Of a stretch of 64,000 bases of DNA, positions 26,855-38,134 are shown piece by piece. Numbering within the stretch: position 1 is the stretch's first letter; every line of letters starts with the position of its first letter. A model generated the notes under the pieces. It saw only the letters and a program-made list of their open reading frames with translations, was not told where the DNA came from and did not search any database. Origin of the DNA: an uncultured Planctomycetales bacterium (GTDB lineage Bacteria > Omnitrophota > Gorgyraeia > Gygaellales > Profunditerraquicolaceae). Location: positions 30,159 to 94,158 of the forward strand of contig CAYXSY010000003.1 of assembly GCA_964467905.1 (NCBI GenBank), given 5' to 3'. A program made the translations under genes and the position numbers.

Positions 26855-27887
26855 GATTGATACGATAGATAAAGATATTGTAAAATTATTAAATAGGCGT
26901 GCCAGGGTAGCTTCTGACATAGCTTCATTAAAAAAATCAGACGGCAAAAACGTTTACTCTCCGGACAGAGAAATAGAGGTTTTAAATAAAGTAGCTATGT
27001 TAAATGATGGGCCCCTGGATGATTCGGCTATCAGATCTATATATACTGAAATAATGTCTTCTGCTCTGGCATTGGGTGGCTCGTTGAAAATAGCTTATCT
27101 GGGACCTGAGGCTACTTTCACGCATCTTGCTGCTTTAAAAAGATTCGGCAACCAGGTTGAGTATCTTCCTTGTTATGGGATAAGTGATGTATTTGCTGCC
27201 GTAGAAAAAGGAAATGCCGATTACGGAGTTATACCTATAGAAAACTCAATCGAGGGTGCGGTAAGCCATAGCTTGGATATGTTTGTCGATTCAGACTTAA
27301 AGATTTGCGCGCAGATTATGTTAGATGTTGCGCATAATCTGTTGTCTAACTGCGCTATGAGTAATATAAAACGCGTGTATTCTAAGCCCGAGGTATTTGG
27401 CCAGTGCCGTATTTGGCTTAGGGAGAATTTGCCGAAAGCAGAATGTATAGAAACTGCCAGCACCACAAGGGCAGCGCAGATAATTTCAAAAATAAGAAAT
27501 AGCGCTTGCATAGCCTCTTTATTGGCAGCAAAAATATATAAACTGAAAGTTATTGCCAAAGATATAGAGGACTCACCGCACAATATTACTAGATTCTTGG
27601 TGATAGGCAATAACGATGTATCGCCAACAGGTAAAGATAAAACTTCAATTATGTTTTCCATCAAGGATAAGATGGGGGCTTTGCACGACATGTTATCCCC
27701 CTTCAAAAAGAATGCTATTAATCTTACTAAAATAGAATCGCGTCCGTCTAAGAAAAAGGCCTGGGATTATTATTTTTTCATCGATTTAGAAGGACACAGG
27801 CAAGAGCGTAATGTTAAAAAAGCAATAGATGAGTTGGAGAAAAAGTGCACCTTTCTAAAAGTATTAGGTAGTTATCCAGTAGGATAA
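26829..27887 (+). CDS. pheA: bifunctional chorismate mutase / prephenate dehydratase
   Basis: N-terminal CM domain (LRNKIDTIDKDIVKLLNRRA). PDT domain (IAYLGPEATFTH). C-terminal ACT domain (ESRPS). Start placed at the Met that gives the canonical CM N-terminus. Confidence 0.8.
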   Translation: MQIKGLRNKIDTIDKDIVKLLNRRARVASDIASLKKSDGKNVYSPDREIEVLNKVAMLNDGPLDDSAIRSIYTEIMSSALALGGSLKIAYLGPEATFTHLAALKRFGNQVEYLPCYGISDVFAAVEKGNADYGVIPIENSIEGAVSHSLDMFVDSDLKICAQIMLDVAHNLLSNCAMSNIKRVYSKPEVFGQCRIWLRENLPKAECIETASTTRAAQIISKIRNSACIASLLAAKIYKLKVIAKDIEDSPHNITRFLVIGNNDVSPTGKDKTSIMFSIKDKMGALHDMLSPFKKNAINLTKIESRPSKKKAWDYYFFIDLEGHRQERNVKKAIDELEKKCTFLKVLGSYPVG

Positions 27888-27890
27888 AAT

Positions 27891-28985
27891 ATGAGCAGTC
27901 TTATCAGAAAAAATATATTAAACGCAATCCCTTATGTTGCCGGCAAGCCGATAGAGGAGACAAAGAGGGAGCTGAAGCTAAAAAGAGTGATAAAGTTGGC
28001 TTCTAACGAGAACCCTTTGGGTGCATCTCCTATGGCTAAAAAGGCTGTGTCCAGGTCTCTTTCTATGGTTAACCGTTATCCGGATAGCCAGGGGTTTTAT
28101 TTAAAGAAAAAATTAGCAAAATATTACAACATCACGCCCGCATCGGTAGTCTTAGGCAATGGTTCCGATGAGCTCATTGATATTGTTATTAAAACTTTTG
28201 TTGAAGATGATGAGAATATAGTAACAGCGGATATTACATTCTTAGAGTATGAAATTATAGCTAAAGTTTTGAACCGTAAAGTTTTGAAGGTCCCGCTAAA
28301 ATATTTTAAGTACGATCTTGATGGCATACGTAAAAGAATTGATAAAAAAACGAAATTGATTTTTATTGCTAATCCTAATAACCCAACCGGAACATATGTT
28401 ACAAAGGAAGAGATGCGCTCTTTTATTCAGAGAATCCCGGAAGGCGTAATTGTGGTAGTTGATGAAGCGTACGATACATTTATTGACGTAGATGACTTTC
28501 CTATCAGCCAAAGGATGATAAATAATAACAACTTAATTGTTCTGAAGACTTTTTCTAAGGCTTACGGTCTGGCTGGTTTGAGAATAGGGTATGCCTTGGC
28601 TAATCTAAAATTAGCCCAGGCCATGGAGAAAGCCAGGCAGCCTTTTAATGTTAACCTGTTGGCGCAGGAAGCAGCTATTGCTGCTCTTGATGACAGCAAA
28701 TTCCTGAATAAAACGCGTAAGGCCGTACTTGAAGGTAAGGCCTATCTTTATGATAAGCTAAAAGAAATTGGTGTTCCTTATGTGCCTTCAGCAGCAAACT
28801 TTATCCTGATTGACGTAGGCAGGCCCGGTGGATCATTTTTTAAAGATATGCTTAAACGCGGGGTTATCGTACGCGATATGCAGCAGTACGGTTTAAATAA
28901 TTTCGTAAGGGTTACTATAGGTACAAAGAAAGAAAACGAGATTTTTATTAAAACGCTAAAGAAAACTTTAGGAGGATATGCATGA
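27891..28985 (+). CDS. hisC: histidinol-phosphate/aromatic aminotransferase (class II PLP)
   Basis: 364 aa. Motifs LASNENPLG and [18 protein letters not shown] (PLP-lysine context). Confidence 0.75.
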   Translation: MSSLIRKNILNAIPYVAGKPIEETKRELKLKRVIKLASNENPLGASPMAKKAVSRSLSMVNRYPDSQGFYLKKKLAKYYNITPASVVLGNGSDELIDIVIKTFVEDDENIVTADITFLEYEIIAKVLNRKVLKVPLKYFKYDLDGIRKRIDKKTKLIFIANPNNPTGTYVTKEEMRSFIQRIPEGVIVVVDEAYDTFIDVDDFPISQRMINNNNLIVLKTFSKAYGLAGLRIGYALANLKLAQAMEKARQPFNVNLLAQEAAIAALDDSKFLNKTRKAVLEGKAYLYDKLKEIGVPYVPSAANFILIDVGRPGGSFFKDMLKRGVIVRDMQQYGLNNFVRVTIGTKKENEIFIKTLKKTLGGYA

Positions 28986-29998
28986 TAATAGTCTTGCGGC
29001 CTGACGCAACCGATAAACAGGTTGAGCATATTATTGAGAAGGTTCAGAAATTAGGCCTTACCCCTCATGTATCTAAAGGAACGGAGCGCACCATAATCGG
29101 AGTTATAGGTCCTGAGGATGTTTTGCGCGTAACCCCCTTGGAAGTGTTCCCCGGCGTAGAAAAAGTTATGCCGGTGTTGGCACCTTATAAACTTGTATCA
29201 CGCGAATTTAAGAAAGACAATTCGGTTGTAGATTTAGGCAAGGGTGTTAAAATCGGCGGTGAGAAAATAGTGGTTATGGCAGGTCCGTGCGCTATAGAAA
29301 ACCGAGAAACCCTCGAAGCCGTTGCTACTGCAGTTAAGAAATCCGGAGCCGATGTATTGCGCGGAGGAGCCTTTAAGCCGAGGACATCGCCTTATAGTTT
29401 CCAAGGATTAGGTCAGGAAGGCCTGAAGTTTTTGAAAGAAATCGGCGATAAGCTGAATATGGTTACAGTAACTGAGGTTATGGATCCCAGGGATGTTAAG
29501 CTGGTTGCTGATTATGCCGATGTTTTGCAGGTAGGTGCACGCAACATGCAGAATTTCAATCTTCTCAAAGAGATAGGCCAGACGAAAAAACCGGTTCTCC
29601 TTAAGCGCGGGCTATCATCTACTGTTAAAGAACTTCTGATGTCAGCTGAATATATTCTGGCTGGAGGAAATTTTAATGTTGTTTTATGCGAAAGAGGGAT
29701 AAGGACTTTTGAGGATTCTACGCGTAATACTTTAGATATCAGCGCAGTCCCGGTTTCCAAACAGCTATCGCATCTACCTATAATAGTTGACCCCAGTCAT
29801 GCTTCGGGAAAGTGGGGTCTGGTAGGACCTTTAGCAAAAGCTTCGGTTGCATGTGGTGCAGATGGTTTAATTATTGAAGTACATACGCACCCCGAAGATG
29901 CCCTTTCTGACGGGGCGCAATCGCTAATACCCGCTAACTTCTCACAGTTGATGCAGGAATTAAAGATTGTTGCCGAATCCGTAGGTAGAAAGATATAA
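28982..29998 (+). CDS. aroF: DAHP synthase (KDSA/Ibeta type) with N-terminal ferredoxin-like regulatory domain
   Basis: 338 aa. Motifs [24 protein letters not shown] and DPSHASG. Confidence 0.75.
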   Translation: MIIVLRPDATDKQVEHIIEKVQKLGLTPHVSKGTERTIIGVIGPEDVLRVTPLEVFPGVEKVMPVLAPYKLVSREFKKDNSVVDLGKGVKIGGEKIVVMAGPCAIENRETLEAVATAVKKSGADVLRGGAFKPRTSPYSFQGLGQEGLKFLKEIGDKLNMVTVTEVMDPRDVKLVADYADVLQVGARNMQNFNLLKEIGQTKKPVLLKRGLSSTVKELLMSAEYILAGGNFNVVLCERGIRTFEDSTRNTLDISAVPVSKQLSHLPIIVDPSHASGKWGLVGPLAKASVACGADGLIIEVHTHPEDALSDGAQSLIPANFSQLMQELKIVAESVGRKI

Positions 29999-30012
29999 AA
30001 GCAGGAGAACAC

Positions 30013-30843
30013 GTGGCCATTTTTAAGAAAGTAGCTATTGTTGGTGTGGGGTTGATAGGAGGGTCTATTGCTTTAGCCTTGAAGAAAAAGCATTTGGCCA
30101 AAGAAATAGTTGGAGTATGCCGGCATAAGAATAGTATCATTTTAGCCAAGAAAAACAGAGTTATAGATAAAGGCTCGTGCAGTTTAGAAATAATACGCGG
30201 TGCAGATTTGATTATATTGGCTACACCAGTGGGGACAATTAAGAAGCTTTCTTGCGAAATTGCCAAAATCATTAATCCTCGGGCAATAGTTACTGATGTG
30301 GGCAGCACAAAAGAAGAGATATCGCTATATTTGAATAAAATTTTCCCCCGTTTTATACCGACGCATCCTTTAGCTGGCTCGGAAAAGCGCGGGGTATCCA
30401 ATGCCTGTGACTCGTTATTTAAGGATACACTTTGTATTATAACTCCTGTTTCTAGAAGTGACCGCGATGCATTAATAAAGATTAAAAGAATCTGGGCTTC
30501 GTTTGGAGCTAAAATTAAATTATTAACCCCAAAGCAGCACGATATTCTGTTGGCAAATATCAGCCATTTGCCGCATGCGCTTGCTTTTTCTCTGATAAAC
30601 TCAATGCCTGAAAGGTATCTTGGTTTAGCGCCGAACAGCCTTAAAGATATGACCCGCATAGCTTCTTCTGATGCATCCTTATGGGTTGATATATTCTTGA
30701 GCAACAGGAATAACTTGATAAAATCAATCGATTCTTTCTCTGATTCCTTAAATAAACTTAAATGTGCTCTTGGTAGTAAAGATAGAAATAAGCTTAAAAG
30801 CTTTTTTTGTCGTGCTGGGAGTAAACGTAGAATTATAAAATGA
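30013..30843 (+). CDS. tyrA: prephenate/arogenate dehydrogenase
   Basis: 276 aa. N-terminal Rossmann motif [12 protein letters not shown]. TyrA-family His in a HPLAGSE context. Confidence 0.7.
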   Translation: MAIFKKVAIVGVGLIGGSIALALKKKHLAKEIVGVCRHKNSIILAKKNRVIDKGSCSLEIIRGADLIILATPVGTIKKLSCEIAKIINPRAIVTDVGSTKEEISLYLNKIFPRFIPTHPLAGSEKRGVSNACDSLFKDTLCIITPVSRSDRDALIKIKRIWASFGAKIKLLTPKQHDILLANISHLPHALAFSLINSMPERYLGLAPNSLKDMTRIASSDASLWVDIFLSNRNNLIKSIDSFSDSLNKLKCALGSKDRNKLKSFFCRAGSKRRIIK

Positions 30844-31502
30844 TAATTGCCATAGATGGTCCGGCTGGAGCAGGTAAGTCCACTGTTGCCAGGCTGCTTG
30901 CCAAAGAATTAAACTTCCTTTATCTTGATACAGGTGCAATGTATCGAGCAATAACCTTAAAGGCTATCAATAATAATATCGATGTTAAAAATCAGGGCTC
31001 CATTATAGAGATAGCCAAGGATTCCGATATACAGCTAGAGAACAATCCAGATGGCTCAATAAAATTGTTGCTTGACGGCATCGATGTCTCAAAAGACATA
31101 AGGCATCCGAGAGTAACCCGGCATGTTTCTGATGTTGCAAAAATAAAAGAAGTAAGGCAGATTATGCTTTCCCTACAAAGAAAATTAGGTAAAATGAGTG
31201 ACTCTGTACTCGACGGCAGAGATATAGGGACTGTTGTTTTCCCTGATGCAGATAAAAAGTTTTATATAGACGCTGATTTTTCGGAACGCTCAATGCGCCG
31301 TTATAAAGAATTAAAACAGATGGGGCAGCAAATAGCCCTGGAAGATGTAGAATCTGATTTGCGTAACCGCGATCATATAGATTCTAATCGTGAGGTAGCC
31401 CCCCTGAAGAAAGCAGATGACGCTATATATATAGACACTACCAATATGAGCATAGCCGATGTTGTTAGCACAATGTTAAAATATACCGTAAAACCAGCAT
31501 AA
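30840..31502 (+). CDS. cmk: cytidylate kinase
   Basis: 220 aa. Motifs IAIDGPAGAGKST and LDTGAMYR. Confidence 0.85.
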   Translation: MIIAIDGPAGAGKSTVARLLAKELNFLYLDTGAMYRAITLKAINNNIDVKNQGSIIEIAKDSDIQLENNPDGSIKLLLDGIDVSKDIRHPRVTRHVSDVAKIKEVRQIMLSLQRKLGKMSDSVLDGRDIGTVVFPDADKKFYIDADFSERSMRRYKELKQMGQQIALEDVESDLRNRDHIDSNREVAPLKKADDAIYIDTTNMSIADVVSTMLKYTVKPA

Positions 31503-31504
31503 TT

Positions 31505-33304
31505 ATGACAGACAAAACATTGATACGCAATTTCTCAATTATTGCCCATATAGACCACGGCAAATCTACTCTCTCCGACCGCATCTTAGAGTTGACCGGA
31601 GCAGTTGACAGGCGTCACAATCGCGACCAATTATTAGATGATATGGATTTAGAGAGAGAAAGAGGAATTACCATCAAGGCCTCTATGGTTAGGCTTTCCT
31701 ATAAGGCAAAGGACGGCATAGAATATATAATGAACCTTATTGATACCCCGGGACACGTGGATTTTACCTATGAAGTATCCAAATCTTTGGCTGCTTGTGA
31801 AGGGGCGGTGCTTGTTGTAGATGCCGGACAGGGGATAGAGGCTCAAACTGTAGCCAATTATTATTTAGCCAAAGAGAATAATCTTTCCGTAATACCACTG
31901 ATTAATAAAATAGACTTGGCCAGTGCCGATGTAGAGCGGGTTAAAAGCGAAATCATTTCAGTGCTAGGCTTCAAAGAGGAAGATATAATACTTGCTTCGG
32001 CTAAGGATGGCATAGGGATAGAAGACGTACTTGAGCGTGTCATTAAGGTTATACCTCACCCGCAAGGAGAAAATAATAACCCTCTTAAGGCTTTAGTCTT
32101 TGATTGCCGCTATGATGCATATAAAGGAGTCGTGATTTTTGTCAGAATCGTAGATGGAAGTTTAACCCCAGCTACACAGATTAAATTAATGAATTCAGGA
32201 AAAGCATATAAGATAGAAGAGCTAGGGGTATTTAAGGATCTGAAATATTCTAAAGCTGATTCTTTATCCTGCGGAGAGGTGGGGTATTTTACTGCGAATA
32301 TCCGTAATCCCAGAGAGATAATAATAGGCGATACCGTTACTGATGTGAAAATGCCGTGTGATACTGCTTTGCCCGGTTACCGTACTTTAAAGCCGCTGGT
32401 TTTTTGCGGTATTTATCCGGTTAACCCCGGGGATTTTCCTTATCTGCGCGATGCTATGGATAAACTAAAACTTTCGGATGCCTCTTTTGTTTTTGAGCCG
32501 GAAACATCGCAATCATTCGGTTCGGGGTTCCGCTGCGGTTTTCTTGGATTATTGCATATGGAGATAGTGCAGGAGCGGCTTGAAAGAGAGTATAATTTAA
32601 ATCTAATTTTAACTACCCCTAATGTAGTCTACAGAATCAAGAGGAGAGACGGTACGGCGATCGAAATAGATACTCCTTCCAAACTCCCTGCCCCTAATGA
32701 TATAGAAGAAGCCCTGGAGCCGTTTGCTAGCCTTCTAATGATTGTTCCTGTAGATACAATTGATACAGTTTGTGATTTCACAAAATCCAGAAGAGGGACT
32801 TTTGTCTCTAATGAGTACTTAGGATTAGACAGAGTTAAACTTATTTTTGATATCCCGCTTTCAGAGCTGATTGTTGATTTCTATGATTGTCTTAAGTCTC
32901 TTACAAAAGGTTACGGCTCTTTAGACTATGAATTTAAAACCTATGTTCCTACAAAATTAGTAAAGCTTGATATACTCTTGAATGGAGTCATATGCGATGC
33001 TTTTTCCTCGCTCATTTATAAGGATAAAGCCCCTTTTAAAGCCCGAGCCGTTGTCAGCAAGCTTAAGGAACTTATCCCCCGACAGCTTTTCGAAGTAAGC
33101 ATTCAAGCAGCAATAGGAACCCAGATTATAGCTTCAGAAAAAGTGCGTTCGGTAGGCAAGAATGTAACCAGTAAATGTTATGGTGGTGACATAACGCGTA
33201 AACGTAAGCTTTGGGAAAGCCAAAAAGAAGGTAAAAAACGTTTAAAACAGTTTGGTAAAGTAGAAATACCACAGGAGGCTTTTTTAGAGGTCTTAAAAAT
33301 ATGA
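31505..33304 (+). CDS. lepA: elongation factor 4
   Basis: 599 aa. GTPase motifs AHIDHGKST, DTPGHVDF and NKID. LepA-specific C-terminal domain. Confidence 0.95.
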   Translation: MTDKTLIRNFSIIAHIDHGKSTLSDRILELTGAVDRRHNRDQLLDDMDLERERGITIKASMVRLSYKAKDGIEYIMNLIDTPGHVDFTYEVSKSLAACEGAVLVVDAGQGIEAQTVANYYLAKENNLSVIPLINKIDLASADVERVKSEIISVLGFKEEDIILASAKDGIGIEDVLERVIKVIPHPQGENNNPLKALVFDCRYDAYKGVVIFVRIVDGSLTPATQIKLMNSGKAYKIEELGVFKDLKYSKADSLSCGEVGYFTANIRNPREIIIGDTVTDVKMPCDTALPGYRTLKPLVFCGIYPVNPGDFPYLRDAMDKLKLSDASFVFEPETSQSFGSGFRCGFLGLLHMEIVQERLEREYNLNLILTTPNVVYRIKRRDGTAIEIDTPSKLPAPNDIEEALEPFASLLMIVPVDTIDTVCDFTKSRRGTFVSNEYLGLDRVKLIFDIPLSELIVDFYDCLKSLTKGYGSLDYEFKTYVPTKLVKLDILLNGVICDAFSSLIYKDKAPFKARAVVSKLKELIPRQLFEVSIQAAIGTQIIASEKVRSVGKNVTSKCYGGDITRKRKLWESQKEGKKRLKQFGKVEIPQEAFLEVLKI

Positions 33305-33933
33305 AAAAACAAAATCTGTTAAGTTTGTTTAGAAACGCAGTCAGCAGTTTTTTCTCGAAAGATAAGAAAAAGTCTGAATGGCAGGAATGGCTTGAAGCCG
33401 CTGTCTTCGCGGCTCTTATAGCTTATTTTATCGTGCGGCCATTTGTTGTGCAGGCCTACAAGATCCCTACCGGATCAATGAGACCGACTCTTTTAGAAGG
33501 AGATATTATACTGGTCAATAAATTTATTTACGGAGCGCGCCTGCCGTTTACTAACTTATATTTGCCAAAAGTGCGCTCTCCGCAAAGAGGGGATGTTGTT
33601 GTTTTTGTATATCCTGAAAACCCCAAGAAAGATTTTATAAAACGTTTAATTGCGACTGAAGGAGAAGCAGTCCAGATCAAGGACGGTACTATATATATAA
33701 ATGATAAGCCTTTACTTGACCCTTTGTTCAGTCAGAGGTATTATTATAATCAGGGTGATTTTGGCCAAGAGAACAAAAAGATAATTGTTCCTAAGGATAA
33801 TTATTTTGTTCTAGGGGATAATTCTGCATCATCGCAAGATAGCCGCTATTGGGGATTTGTTCCTAAGAAGAACATGCTGGGGAAGGCAATGTTAATTTAC
33901 TGGCCGCCCAACAGAATTCGTATAATAAAATAA
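33301..33933 (+). CDS. lepB: signal peptidase I
   Basis: 210 aa. Motifs GSMRPTL (catalytic Ser), KRLIATEGE (Lys) and GDNSASSQDSRYWGFV. Confidence 0.8.
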   Translation: MKKQNLLSLFRNAVSSFFSKDKKKSEWQEWLEAAVFAALIAYFIVRPFVVQAYKIPTGSMRPTLLEGDIILVNKFIYGARLPFTNLYLPKVRSPQRGDVVVFVYPENPKKDFIKRLIATEGEAVQIKDGTIYINDKPLLDPLFSQRYYYNQGDFGQENKKIIVPKDNYFVLGDNSASSQDSRYWGFVPKKNMLGKAMLIYWPPNRIRIIK

Positions 33934-33935
33934 AG

Positions 33936-34505
33936 ATGAATTTCGCTAATAAAATATCTACATTCAGGATCCTAAGCGTGCCATTTTTTATCGCCAGCCT
34001 GATATACTATTCCCAAGAGAGAGATTATTTAAGATATGTGGCATTGTTTATTTTTTTGCTGGCCGTTATTTCAGATGCAGTCGACGGTTATATCGCCAGA
34101 AAATCTAAGCAGCAATCAAAGGCCGGCCTTGTATTAGATCCGCTTGGCGATAAGCTTCTCTTAATCAGTTCTTTCATCGCTCTTTTTTTAAGACAAGACC
34201 TGCCGCACGGGATATATTTTCCGCTGTGGGTCAGCTTAATAGTCATAAGCAGAGACGTTATGATATTGCTGGGAGTCATGGTTATATACATCGTCAAACA
34301 GAATATAAACGTTTATCCTACTAAATGGGGAAAATTAACAACTACCTTTCAGATGCTAGCAGTGATTGCGGTTTTGCTGCAATTAGAAGCTTCATTCATA
34401 TTTTGGTGGGTGGCGGTGATTTTTACGGTTGTATCAGGATTAGACTACGTAAGAAAGGGATTTAGCATTCTATATGCTGTGGATAATAACAGGAATAATC
34501 ATTAG
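33936..34505 (+). CDS. CDP-alcohol phosphatidyltransferase (PgsA-like)
   Basis: 189 aa. D(x)2DG(x)2AR...G(x)3D(x)3D motif (DAVDGYIARKS...GLVLDPLGDKLL). Confidence 0.6.
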   Translation: MNFANKISTFRILSVPFFIASLIYYSQERDYLRYVALFIFLLAVISDAVDGYIARKSKQQSKAGLVLDPLGDKLLLISSFIALFLRQDLPHGIYFPLWVSLIVISRDVMILLGVMVIYIVKQNINVYPTKWGKLTTTFQMLAVIAVLLQLEASFIFWWVAVIFTVVSGLDYVRKGFSILYAVDNNRNNH

Positions 34506-35109
34506 CTATATTTTAGGCTCCATACCTTGTGCATATATCTTTGTCAAAATTTTTAAAAAACAAGATATACGCAATATCGGATCAGGCAACGTCGGCGCTA
34601 CCAATGCTTCGAGGGTGCTAGGCAAGAAATTGGGAATACTGGTGTTATTCTTAGATATGCTTAAGGGTTTTGCCGCGGTAGTGTTCCTGCCTATGTTGCT
34701 TCCTATAAAGCAAACAGACGCATCTTTTGGCTTGATATGTTTGATATTCGGAATTTCTGCCATAGCCGGGCATATATGGACAGTATTCTTAAACTTTAAA
34801 GGCGGCAAGGGCATGGCCACAATGCTCGGAGTTTTATTCGGTGCCGCACTTAAGATCAGCGGCGTAGGCCTGGTTTTATCAACGGTGTTATTAACTTGGC
34901 TTCTAGTCTTCTTAATAACTAAAATCATATCTTTATCTTCAATTATAGCGGCTTCATTTTTACCTCTATATTTTATGTTTTTTACCGGAAACAGGAGTTT
35001 TGTTTATATAAGTATAGCTGTATCTTTTCTGATTATCCTGCGCCACAAATCAAATATTTCCAGGCTCATTAAAGGCCAAGAACCGCGGTTTACCTTCAAG
35101 AAACAATAA
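34474..35109 (+). CDS. plsY: glycerol-3-phosphate acyltransferase PlsY
   Basis: 211 aa. Motifs GSGNVGATN and FKGGKG. Multi-TM. Confidence 0.8.
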   Translation: MLWIITGIIISYILGSIPCAYIFVKIFKKQDIRNIGSGNVGATNASRVLGKKLGILVLFLDMLKGFAAVVFLPMLLPIKQTDASFGLICLIFGISAIAGHIWTVFLNFKGGKGMATMLGVLFGAALKISGVGLVLSTVLLTWLLVFLITKIISLSSIIAASFLPLYFMFFTGNRSFVYISIAVSFLIILRHKSNISRLIKGQEPRFTFKKQ

Positions 35110-35120
35110 CTACCTACCTC

Positions 35121-35141
35121 CAGAAAGCGCTTTCTTTTTAA
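35121..35141 (+). terminator. intrinsic terminator after plsY (GAAAGCGCTTTC palindrome + T-run)
   Basis: Perfect palindrome followed by TTTTT. Confidence 0.55.
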
Positions 35142-35950
35142 ACCTTACATTACCTTGAAATATTTATATTTATATTGGATACTTTAATTGCCAGAGAGCA
35201 TTAGTAATCCGAACGGTTTCTTAGGATCCCTCATCCCTCTGCTTATATTAGCTTTGGGTAAACAGCCACGGAAGGATAGGGGGTGAGCCGGGTTACTGAA
35301 GATATGAGATGATTTTATAACTTGGTAACCCGGCGCTTTATTTAGAAAGAAGGTCTTAGACATGCGCGATTTACTTTTTAAGAATCTTACTTCAGGAGAC
35401 AGAAAAAGAAGAGTGGTATCGAGCTCTGAAATAACCGATAAGAAGGGGATTCACAGTGTTATCCGGCGTCATTTTATATGCCTGATTAAGGAGGTCAAAA
35501 GCGAAAGCCAAACATGTAAACCGTCACCCTCAATCCAGGTTTTAAGAGAAAGGGATAGCAAAACAAAACTCGATAGATTTTCTTGCCGGATAAAGGGTAG
35601 CGTGTATGCATCTTCCGGCGAGAGATTATTTTTAATACTATTTATGCATTCTTTGAAAATAACCTTAACACCCAAGACAAAAAACAGCCCTGTATATGAT
35701 ATAAGCAAATCTTGACAAGGGGGTGGAAGGAAGGTATACTTTATTAAAACTTTTAAAAATTAATTTATAATCCGCTAGCTTCGGTATTCTGGAGGAGTGC
35801 CGAAGGTGCCACGGAGATTTTAAAGCCGGATTGACGAAAGACGGGTCAGCCGGCTTTTTTTATTTTTTTAGGCAGCTTGTCTTAAGTGATAGAAATAAAT
35901 TGACATAGGGTAAAAATAGAGCTATATTAACCCCTAAAGATAGGGGGTGG

Positions 35951-37369
35951 GTGATGAAAAAAATATTAAAAGTCCATTTAATCCTGATTCTGTTGCTAGT
36001 TGTCGGAATAGGCCATGTTTATTCTGCGGCAACAAGCATAACGGCTACGCCTGTTACTTCGGGAAATGAGCTTAATTTCCAAGTCAACCCCGGTATAGCT
36101 CCCAATCCTTGCGAAGTCAGAATAAGAACATTTGGAACCACTGGTAGGTATGAGATTAGGCAGGAACTTCTAATGGCTCCTTCAAGCGGCGCCAATCAGA
36201 TTGACTGGCGGTATTTTTCTATGCGCGCTTTAAGAGAATCGCCTAGCGTCAGAGGTACATTACATGCTGCTCAAGATACACCTTTCCCCTTAAATGCTTT
36301 CAATCCTTTATATACAAATACAGCCGGAACATCGGATAGTTTTGTTTTGGTTTATTACGTAAGTTTACCGGCCAATATTCAGCCCGGATCATACCGCGGA
36401 AGAATCCGGTATACGCTCGCGCCAATGCAGGCGGCAGATCAGCAATCATACGCATTTCTTAATGTTTTAGTTAATGTCGGACAAAGTACGCTAACAAGCG
36501 TACAGAAACCACAGATAGAGATAACTCCGATTGACGCTTCAAGTGTCATATCTTTAAATCCAACCAGAGAAGATAAAGCCTCGGCTGATGTGGAATTCAG
36601 AATGAATGTCAAGCCGAACAGTTTATTCAGTATCACGCAGGTCGCCAGAGATCCGATTATGTCCTCAAGCGGTGCGACACTTGATGACAGTGTTATTAAT
36701 TTTAAGACCCAGAATATTAGGGCAGGCATGGGGGTAGCCGATAAAGGCCTGTCTTCTGTACCTAAAAAGATTTTTACTTCCGGTCCAGGAGGACAGTGCC
36801 CGGATAGTTTTGTATTGACTTATAGCTTAGGCGATATGTCAGGTTATAAGGCCGGACGCTATAGAACAAAAATCCAGTATTATCTTGATCAATCCGGCAA
36901 ACCGATGACTTTAATAAAAACTTTGGATATACAAATTGAAGTAGAGAGCATATTTGAGTTAACCATAACCCCCCAAGACCAGAAGGGGATCTTAGAATTC
37001 CGTGATATTAAATCCGGTGATGAGCCTAAAACCAGCGAAATTGTTATTGAAGCAAAAACTAACACCGGCAAACAGTATCAGGTTAATCAAAACGTATATT
37101 CAAGCCTGACTAATAAATCCGGAGATGCGATATCTAATGACTACTTTTTTATTAAAACTGATAAAGCTGACGGAAAGAAATTATCAGGTGCTTTGAAGTA
37201 TCCGAATATGGAAAAGGTAAAAACAGGAGATTCAACTTTGTTTATCTCTGATATTAAAGGAAGCCCGGCGGCATTCAAAGTTATCTATAAATTGGATTTA
37301 CCCAGAGAAGTAAATATTACAAGTGGAGACTACTCAACGCGCATTACTTATTCACTTTCAGAAATATAA
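35951..37369 (+). CDS. secreted fimbrial-subunit-like protein (large; candidate tip/adhesin subunit)
   Basis: 472 aa. Signal peptide. Beta-rich. C-terminal GDYSTRITYSL resembles a donor-strand/penultimate-Tyr pilin C-terminus. Confidence 0.35.
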   Translation: MMKKILKVHLILILLLVVGIGHVYSAATSITATPVTSGNELNFQVNPGIAPNPCEVRIRTFGTTGRYEIRQELLMAPSSGANQIDWRYFSMRALRESPSVRGTLHAAQDTPFPLNAFNPLYTNTAGTSDSFVLVYYVSLPANIQPGSYRGRIRYTLAPMQAADQQSYAFLNVLVNVGQSTLTSVQKPQIEITPIDASSVISLNPTREDKASADVEFRMNVKPNSLFSITQVARDPIMSSSGATLDDSVINFKTQNIRAGMGVADKGLSSVPKKIFTSGPGGQCPDSFVLTYSLGDMSGYKAGRYRTKIQYYLDQSGKPMTLIKTLDIQIEVESIFELTITPQDQKGILEFRDIKSGDEPKTSEIVIEAKTNTGKQYQVNQNVYSSLTNKSGDAISNDYFFIKTDKADGKKLSGALKYPNMEKVKTGDSTLFISDIKGSPAAFKVIYKLDLPREVNITSGDYSTRITYSLSEI

Positions 37370-37393
37370 ACTTTTTTAGAAGGGAGGATTTAA

Positions 37394-38134
37394 ATGACTA
37401 ACAAAAACAAACTTAAAAATAAAAATACGAAAGGGGGTGAAAAAATGAAAACATTGAGATTACTTATATCGTTAACCGTGCTTTTAATGGGTGTATCGAG
37501 CCTTGCTCTTGCCGCTACTTCACAGCAGATTACAATTAAAGCTACAGTTCCGGCTCCTGGGGTAAGCTTGCCTACAACCAAGACCATCATAAAATGCCCC
37601 GGTACCATGCCTGCATCTGGCGATCCCTGGTCGTATCCCGGCTGCGTTAAGGATTTAACCGAGATTAACTTTGGGACACTGACAAACGTACTTACCGACG
37701 GATCAAACGCGGGTTGTTTTTACGCTCCAGATTACTTTATAGTTTATCTTTATCCTGATGTTTGGGGTGGGATAGGTTATGAGGTAAAACAAAGCTTTGC
37801 ATGGGCAGGTACAGGTTTGCCTTCTAATTCGCTGGTATTCACAGCTGTGTATAGCAACGATGACCATTATGATGGTAAACCGGCACAAGGTCCTAAACCT
37901 ACAGGCGCTACCTTAGGCAACAATGGTAATTCGCAAGCTGCAACAGGAGGAGCAAAAACAGTTTATAAGAGCGAGAAACCGGGAGAACCGCGTATCTTTC
38001 GCGCTCAATACGGACTGCCTCCTTATCCAGCTGCAGGAGAAGCTGATCCGTTTGCAGGTTGGGCACCGGTTCCTGTAACACAGGCACAAGGTACCTATAC
38101 CGGTACATTAACCCTTACTATAAGCTCTTACTAA
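37394..38134 (+). CDS. secreted pilin-like subunit (candidate major subunit)
   Basis: Signal peptide (MKTLRLLISLTVLLMGVSSLALA; an alternative start at 37445 is possible). Two Cys near the N-terminus. C-terminus AQGTYTGTLTLTISSY has a G..Y.GT.T.T..Y pattern typical of chaperone-usher pilins. Confidence 0.4.
   Translation: MTNKNKLKNKNTKGGEKMKTLRLLISLTVLLMGVSSLALAATSQQITIKATVPAPGVSLPTTKTIIKCPGTMPASGDPWSYPGCVKDLTEINFGTLTNVLTDGSNAGCFYAPDYFIVYLYPDVWGGIGYEVKQSFAWAGTGLPSNSLVFTAVYSNDDHYDGKPAQGPKPTGATLGNNGNSQAATGGAKTVYKSEKPGEPRIFRAQYGLPPYPAAGEADPFAGWAPVPVTQAQGTYTGTLTLTISSY

Noticed and set aside
29934-30704. 256-aa minus-strand ORF antisense to tyrA
   Set aside because: Long only because the AT-rich antisense frame lacks stops. 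Overlaps a confidently assigned gene. Low-complexity Ile/Ser/Leu composition.
35260-35345. Possible SRP (4.5S) RNA because of a GGAAGGA motif and a terminal hairpin
   Set aside because: Lacks the conserved helix-8 context (GUCAGG...AGCAGC). Similarity limited to a heptamer. Not claimable without a covariance-model search.
35362-35715. 117-aa ORF in the long intergenic leader
   Set aside because: No RBS. Cys/Ser/Arg-rich odd composition. Flanked by terminator-like hairpins. More likely non-coding.
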